From Thermodesulfobacteriota bacterium (GTDB taxonomy: Bacteria; Desulfobacterota; WTBG01; JAGOGO01): a DNA stretch of 32,000 bases. Position 1 is the first letter of the stretch, and every line of letters begins with the position of its first letter. Positions 27,468 through 32,000 of this stretch are shown here, piece after piece. The translations under genes and the position numbers were made by a program. The stretch covers positions 2,982,651 through 3,014,650 of the forward strand of contig CP113000.1 in assembly GCA_026625185.1 (NCBI GenBank). Reading direction: 5' to 3'. The notes beneath the pieces were generated by a model, which searched no databases, had not been told where the DNA came from, and was given only the letters and a program-made list of their open reading frames with translations.

Positions 27468-28301
27468 ATGATAGAAATTGGGCGATTCAATACATTAAAA
27501 ATTTTAAAGCAAACAAGCTCTGGTTTGTCTTTAGGAGATAAATCCGGTGAAGAGGTGCTTCTCCCCGATAAATATTGCCCAGAGAGTTTTAAGATAAAAG
27601 ATAAACTTGAGGTTTTTGTTTATCGCGACAATGAGGGGCAAAAAATAGCCACGAACTTAACCCCCAAGCTACATTTACATGAATTCGCTTTATTACAGGT
27701 TACCGCAATTACCGATGTTGGAGCATTTTTGGATTGGGGGATGGGAAAGGACCTTTTTGTTCCCTTCAAGGAACAAAAACAAAGAATGAAAAAAGGAAGG
27801 TGGTATATCGTTTATCTGGATCTGGACACAAAAACAGAGAGACTTTATGCCAGTAGCAGGATTGAAAAACATCTGAGCAATGACCAATTAACGATAAAGG
27901 AAAAACAAGAAGTTTCGTTGCTGGTAGTGCGAAAAACAGATCTTGGCTATACGGTAATCGTAAACAACCGGCACAATGGAATACTCTATAATAACGAAAT
28001 ATTCAGAGAGCTCGACATTGGAGAAAAATTAAACGGGTTTGTGAAGAAAATTCGTGAAGACAATAAAATTGATATTTCGCTTCAAGCAAGCGGGTACAAA
28101 AATGTTATTGATAAAAACATTGAGATGATTTATCGCGCCTTAGTAGAAAACAAGGGATTTTTGGAATTTACCGATAAAAGCTCTCCTAATGAAATATATT
28201 TAAAGTTCGGCATGAGCAAAAAGGCGTTTAAAAAAACAATAGGAGCTTTATTAAAACAAAAAAAAATAACAATCGAGCCCAATGGGATTAAATTGATTTA
28301 A
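27468..28301 (+). CDS. cvfB: S1-like RNA-binding protein, CvfB/YitL family
   Basis: 277 aa. GAFLDWGMGKDLFVPFKEQ and repeated S1-like segments, with a C-terminal winged-helix-like tail. Confidence 0.75.
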   Translation: MIEIGRFNTLKILKQTSSGLSLGDKSGEEVLLPDKYCPESFKIKDKLEVFVYRDNEGQKIATNLTPKLHLHEFALLQVTAITDVGAFLDWGMGKDLFVPFKEQKQRMKKGRWYIVYLDLDTKTERLYASSRIEKHLSNDQLTIKEKQEVSLLVVRKTDLGYTVIVNNRHNGILYNNEIFRELDIGEKLNGFVKKIREDNKIDISLQASGYKNVIDKNIEMIYRALVENKGFLEFTDKSSPNEIYLKFGMSKKAFKKTIGALLKQKKITIEPNGIKLI

Positions 28302-28446
28302 AGGAATATACGTTTCGGCCATCTTCGAATAGCTTCTCAAAAACTGTTTGCAATCAGCCGCCAGAAGTAGGAAAATAACCAACCAAAAATGTTTCAGGTC
28401 TGGAAGACGCACGACGCGCAGCGCATGGTAAGACCCGAGAGAAAAT

Positions 28447-30360
28447 ATGGGACTACTCCTTATCAATGATGTTTCACTGAGTTTCGGCGGCCCACCGCTT
28501 TTGGATGGGGTTACGCTCCAGATCGAGGCCGGAGAACGGATCGGCCTCCTGGGTCGTAACGGCTCAGGCAAATCCACCCTCATGAAAATGCTGGTTGGTC
28601 AAATAACGCCGGATTCCGGCGAAATTATCCGTTATGGCGAGGTGAAGATCGCACTCTTGCCGCAAGAGGTCCCCGATGACCTGCCGGGCACGGTCTATGA
28701 CGTGATCGCCACGGGTGGACGGGAACACGTGGAGCTCCTCAGTGAATACCATAACCTTGCACTGCAAATTGCCGGAGCCAGCGATAATGGCTTCATCAAA
28801 AAGCTCGAAGCCGTCCAGCACCGGATCGAGGCAGCCGGGGCCTGGGATTACCACCAACGGGTTGAAAGGGCAATCGCACGGGCCGAACTGGATGAAAATG
28901 CCCAATTCCGGGGTTTGTCAGCCGGCATGAAACGCCGGGTTTTTCTGGCCCGGGCACTGGTAAATGACCCGGACCTCCTGCTGCTCGACGAGCCCACCAA
29001 CCACCTTGATGTCAGCACCATCCTCTGGCTTGAGGACTTCCTGCTGAAGTTTGAAAAGACGCTCATGTTCGTGACCCATGACCGGGCCTTTCTCCAGCGT
29101 TTGGCAACCCGGATCGTGGAAATCGACCGGGGCCGTCTGCTCTCCTTCGCCTGTACCTACCGGACCTACCTTGAACGGAGGCAGGCCTTGCTGGAGGCGG
29201 AAGAGAAGCAGTGGCATGATTTTGATAAGAAATTATCCAAAGAGGAAACCTGGGTCAGGCAAGGGGTCAAGGCGCGTCGCACCCGCAACGAAGGCCGGGT
29301 CCGGGCGTTGATTCAGATTCGCCGGGAGCGGGCCCGCCGGCAGGAGCAGGCGGGCGTCTCCCGACTGAAGATCCAGGAAGCGGAACGGAGCGGGCGGATG
29401 GTTGTGGAGGCAAAGGCAGTCTCATTCGCGTGGAGTGATACAAAGATCGTTGATAAATTCTCCACCACTATCCTTCGCGGCGATAAGGTGGGTGTTATCG
29501 GGCCAAACGGCTCCGGCAAAACCACCCTGCTCAAGATCCTCCTCAATGCCCTACCGCCCCAACAAGGAACCGTCCGACTGGGTAACAATATCAGCATCGC
29601 TTACTTTGATCAGCTCCGCGCGCAGCTCGATGTAAATAAAACCCTCCGGGAGAATATCGGCGGGGGCAACGACACGGTCACCATTGGCGGGAACCCGCGG
29701 AATGTGGTAGGGTATCTTCAGGATTTTCTTTTTTCACCGGAGCGGATTATGTCTCCCGCCAGTTCTCTCTCCGGCGGTGAGCGCAATCGCCTGCTTCTGG
29801 CGAAACTCTTCGCCATTCCATCGAATGTGCTGGTCCTCGATGAGCCTACCAATGACCTTGATGCGGAAACGCTGGAATTGCTCGAAGACCGGCTCATAAA
29901 TTTTAAGGGTACGATTCTACTGGTCAGTCACGACCGCGAATTACTCAATAATGTGGTCACCTCGACCATTGTCTTTGAGGATGATGGACGGTTAGAGGAG
30001 TATGTCGGCGGCTACGACGATTGGCTGAGACAGCGGAATATGACCGTGGAACCCGTGAAGTCGACCCCTCCAAAAAATCCGAAACAAAAGAAGGAAAAAT
30101 CCCCGAAGGAGAAGACGAAACTCTCCTTTAAAGAGACCCGGGAGCTTGAAACCCTGCCATTGATCATCGAAACCTTGGAGGAAGAGAAAAAGCGCCTAAC
30201 CGAAACCCTCAATTCCTCTGAATTCTATGCCAGCCGCGATCTGGGCAAGATAAATGCGGCTAACGATCGGTTAGGCGCCCTGGAAAAGGAGCTTGATGAA
30301 GCCTATTACCGCTGGGATGAGCTTGAAAACATGGCTGCCAAATTCAGGGACAATCCTTAA
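28447..30360 (+). CDS. uup: ABC-F family ATPase Uup
   Basis: Two ABC cassettes (GRNGSGKST / LSAGMKRR / LLLLDEPTNHLD and GPNGSGKTT / LSGGERNR / VLVLDEPTNDLD). Lysine-rich linker and C-terminal coiled coil. No TM domain. Confidence 0.9.
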   Translation: MGLLLINDVSLSFGGPPLLDGVTLQIEAGERIGLLGRNGSGKSTLMKMLVGQITPDSGEIIRYGEVKIALLPQEVPDDLPGTVYDVIATGGREHVELLSEYHNLALQIAGASDNGFIKKLEAVQHRIEAAGAWDYHQRVERAIARAELDENAQFRGLSAGMKRRVFLARALVNDPDLLLLDEPTNHLDVSTILWLEDFLLKFEKTLMFVTHDRAFLQRLATRIVEIDRGRLLSFACTYRTYLERRQALLEAEEKQWHDFDKKLSKEETWVRQGVKARRTRNEGRVRALIQIRRERARRQEQAGVSRLKIQEAERSGRMVVEAKAVSFAWSDTKIVDKFSTTILRGDKVGVIGPNGSGKTTLLKILLNALPPQQGTVRLGNNISIAYFDQLRAQLDVNKTLRENIGGGNDTVTIGGNPRNVVGYLQDFLFSPERIMSPASSLSGGERNRLLLAKLFAIPSNVLVLDEPTNDLDAETLELLEDRLINFKGTILLVSHDRELLNNVVTSTIVFEDDGRLEEYVGGYDDWLRQRNMTVEPVKSTPPKNPKQKKEKSPKEKTKLSFKETRELETLPLIIETLEEEKKRLTETLNSSEFYASRDLGKINAANDRLGALEKELDEAYYRWDELENMAAKFRDNP

Positions 30361-30425
30361 GTGACATTGCGACCTCACCGGATATGAACGGCGGAACGCG
30401 AAAACCAAAAAAAAAGCGAATCATA

Positions 30426-31997
30426 ATGACTAAAACATCCAAACCAATCGAAATTGACTTCAATCCCGAATTCCAGCGGGCGCTCGCGCTGATGGAAGAC
30501 ACAGCCCAAAACCTGCTGATTACCGGCCGCGCGGGCACGGGCAAATCTACACTCCTTAATTATTTTCGCGATCATACGAAGAAAAAAGTAGTCGTGCTGG
30601 CTCCAACCGGCGTAGCGGCAATCAATGTTGCCGGCCAGACGATTCATTCTTTCTTTCATTTTAAACCCAGTGTTACCCTGGCATCGATCAAAAAGAAAAA
30701 GAGCGCGGCAAAAGAAAAGACTACTCTTTATAAAAAGCTCACCACCATTATTATCGACGAAATTTCGATGGTGCGGGCTGATCTGCTGGATTGCGTTGAT
30801 AAATTTCTGCGGCTCAACGGCCCGAAGCAAAAAAAGCCTTTTGGCGGCGTGCAGATGATCTTCATCGGCGATCTCTATCAGCTCCCGCCCGTCGTTACCA
30901 GCCAGGAAAGGGAAATCTTCCGGACGCACTATCCCAACCCTTATTTTTTCAGCGCCAAGGTAGGGGAGACACTGGATTTGGAATTTATCGAGCTGGAAAA
31001 GGTGTATCGCCAGAAAGATGATGAGTTTATCCGGCTGCTCAATGCTATCCGCAACCGTACCGTAACGGATGCTGATCTGGCTCTCTTCAACCGCCGCTGT
31101 GACCCGGGTTTTTCTCCCCCTGCCGGTGATTTTTATCTTTCGCTCACCAGCACGAACGATCTGGCCGACACGATCAACGCAAAACGTCTGGCGGAGCTGC
31201 CGGGTAAAATCTGGAATGCCAGCGGCGTGATCGAAGGCGATTTCGGCAAGGAATATCTGCCGACCGCGGTTGATCTTAAACTGAATAAAGGCGCGCAAAT
31301 CATGCTTCTCAATAACGATTCCTACGGCCAGTGGATCAACGGCACGATTGGAGAGGTTAAAAAATTTGAAACGGATGATGAGGGAAACGAGGTGATTGTC
31401 GCCGAACTGGATAATGGTGAGAAGGCGCACATCACTCCCTATACCTGGAAAATATACCATTTCTTTCTGAAAAACGAGGAGCTGCGCTCCGAAGAAGTCG
31501 GCTCGTTCACGCAATATCCGATACGTTTGGCTTTTGCGGTGACCATCCATAAAAGTCAGGGAAAAACATTTGAAAAGGTTATCATTGATGTGGGACGCGG
31601 CACCTTCGCCCACGGGCAAATATACGTGGCCCTTTCCCGCTGTACCTCGTTGGAAAGCATTGTCCTGAAGCAACAATTAAAGAAAAGCCATATCCTGATG
31701 GATTGGCAGGTGGTCAAGTTTTTAACCGGCATGCAATACGCCCGGGCGGCAATTCATTTATCACGCGAAGATAAGCTTAACCTTATCAATGACGCCATTA
31801 AACAAAAGAAAAATCTCGACATTGTTTATCTCAAAGCAAAAGACGAAAAATCACGGCGTACGATACTGCCGCTGTTTATGGGCGACATGGAATACAACGG
31901 GACCCATTACCTGGGGCTGCAAGCCTATTGCCTGACGCGCCGGCAGAAACGTATTTTCAATGTCGATAGAATCCTCGAAATAAGCAGCTCAGCATAA
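30426..31997 (+). CDS. PIF1/RecD-like SF1B DNA helicase with C-terminal WYL-like domain
   Basis: Walker A GRAGTGKST, Walker B IIIDEISMV, FGGVQMIFIGDLYQLPPV and AVTIHKSQGKTF. The C-terminus is IVYLKAKDEKSRRTILPLFM...HYLGLQAYCLTRRQKRIFNVDRILEI. ATG at 30426 is preferred over 30384. Confidence 0.85.
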   Translation: MTKTSKPIEIDFNPEFQRALALMEDTAQNLLITGRAGTGKSTLLNYFRDHTKKKVVVLAPTGVAAINVAGQTIHSFFHFKPSVTLASIKKKKSAAKEKTTLYKKLTTIIIDEISMVRADLLDCVDKFLRLNGPKQKKPFGGVQMIFIGDLYQLPPVVTSQEREIFRTHYPNPYFFSAKVGETLDLEFIELEKVYRQKDDEFIRLLNAIRNRTVTDADLALFNRRCDPGFSPPAGDFYLSLTSTNDLADTINAKRLAELPGKIWNASGVIEGDFGKEYLPTAVDLKLNKGAQIMLLNNDSYGQWINGTIGEVKKFETDDEGNEVIVAELDNGEKAHITPYTWKIYHFFLKNEELRSEEVGSFTQYPIRLAFAVTIHKSQGKTFEKVIIDVGRGTFAHGQIYVALSRCTSLESIVLKQQLKKSHILMDWQVVKFLTGMQYARAAIHLSREDKLNLINDAIKQKKNLDIVYLKAKDEKSRRTILPLFMGDMEYNGTHYLGLQAYCLTRRQKRIFNVDRILEISSSA

Positions 31998-32000
31998 CGA

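Noticed and set aside
30375-31676. 433-aa ORF on the minus strand
   Set aside because: It lies entirely antisense to the helicase gene, which has clear Walker A/B and PIF1 motifs. Its translation is low-complexity with no recognisable motif. Long shadow ORFs are expected in this G+C-rich segment. The same reasoning applies to the antisense ORFs inside uup: 28251..28583, 28564..28905, 28848..29066, 28918..29217 and 29313..29597.

Overview
Bacterial chromosomal window, roughly 40-45% G+C by eye until about 28.3 kb and clearly G+C-richer after that.

(1) 39-7937, minus strand: the widely conserved cluster rpsB-tsf-pyrH-frr-uppS-cdsA-dxr-rseP-tsaB.

(2) 8.4-11.6 kb, accessory islet. It holds a composite repeat module, then two type II toxin-antitoxin pairs (RHH antitoxin/MazF and Phd/RelE), each with its own sigma70-like promoter. 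These are followed by a 131-bp compound palindrome and a 5'-truncated, frameshifted integron integrase (intI) remnant. After that come a palindrome-rich attI-like spacer, one orphan cassette-like ORF, a VCR-like attC site and a strong terminator.

(3) 11.7-25.0 kb, ordinary genes: hemW, argJ, secA, two SAM methyltransferases (one apparently frameshifted), a small membrane protein, a B12-binding radical SAM protein and a heterodimeric ABC exporter pair.

(4) 25.1-26.65 kb, second mini-islet. It opens with a second copy of the composite repeat module. A 397-codon reading frame with an RNIAYH (HEPN-like Rx4H) motif follows, split by a single in-frame TAG, and is followed directly by an 84-bp attC-like imperfect palindrome.

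(5) 26.9-32.0 kb: a DUF1456/YehS-like gene and a CvfB/YitL-like S1 RNA-binding gene, then G+C-rich uup (ABC-F) and a PIF1-family helicase with a C-terminal WYL-like domain.

No rRNA, tRNA or CRISPR array was seen by eye.

The most interesting signal is a decayed, dispersed integron-like system. It combines the intI remnant, attC-type palindromes after accessory ORFs, and a twice-repeated structured module carrying covarying hairpins. A CTTATAC-type motif is shared between that module and the attI-like region. Several ORF-track starts were trimmed: frr, rpsB, argJ, the second ABC gene, mazE, mazF and the helicase.
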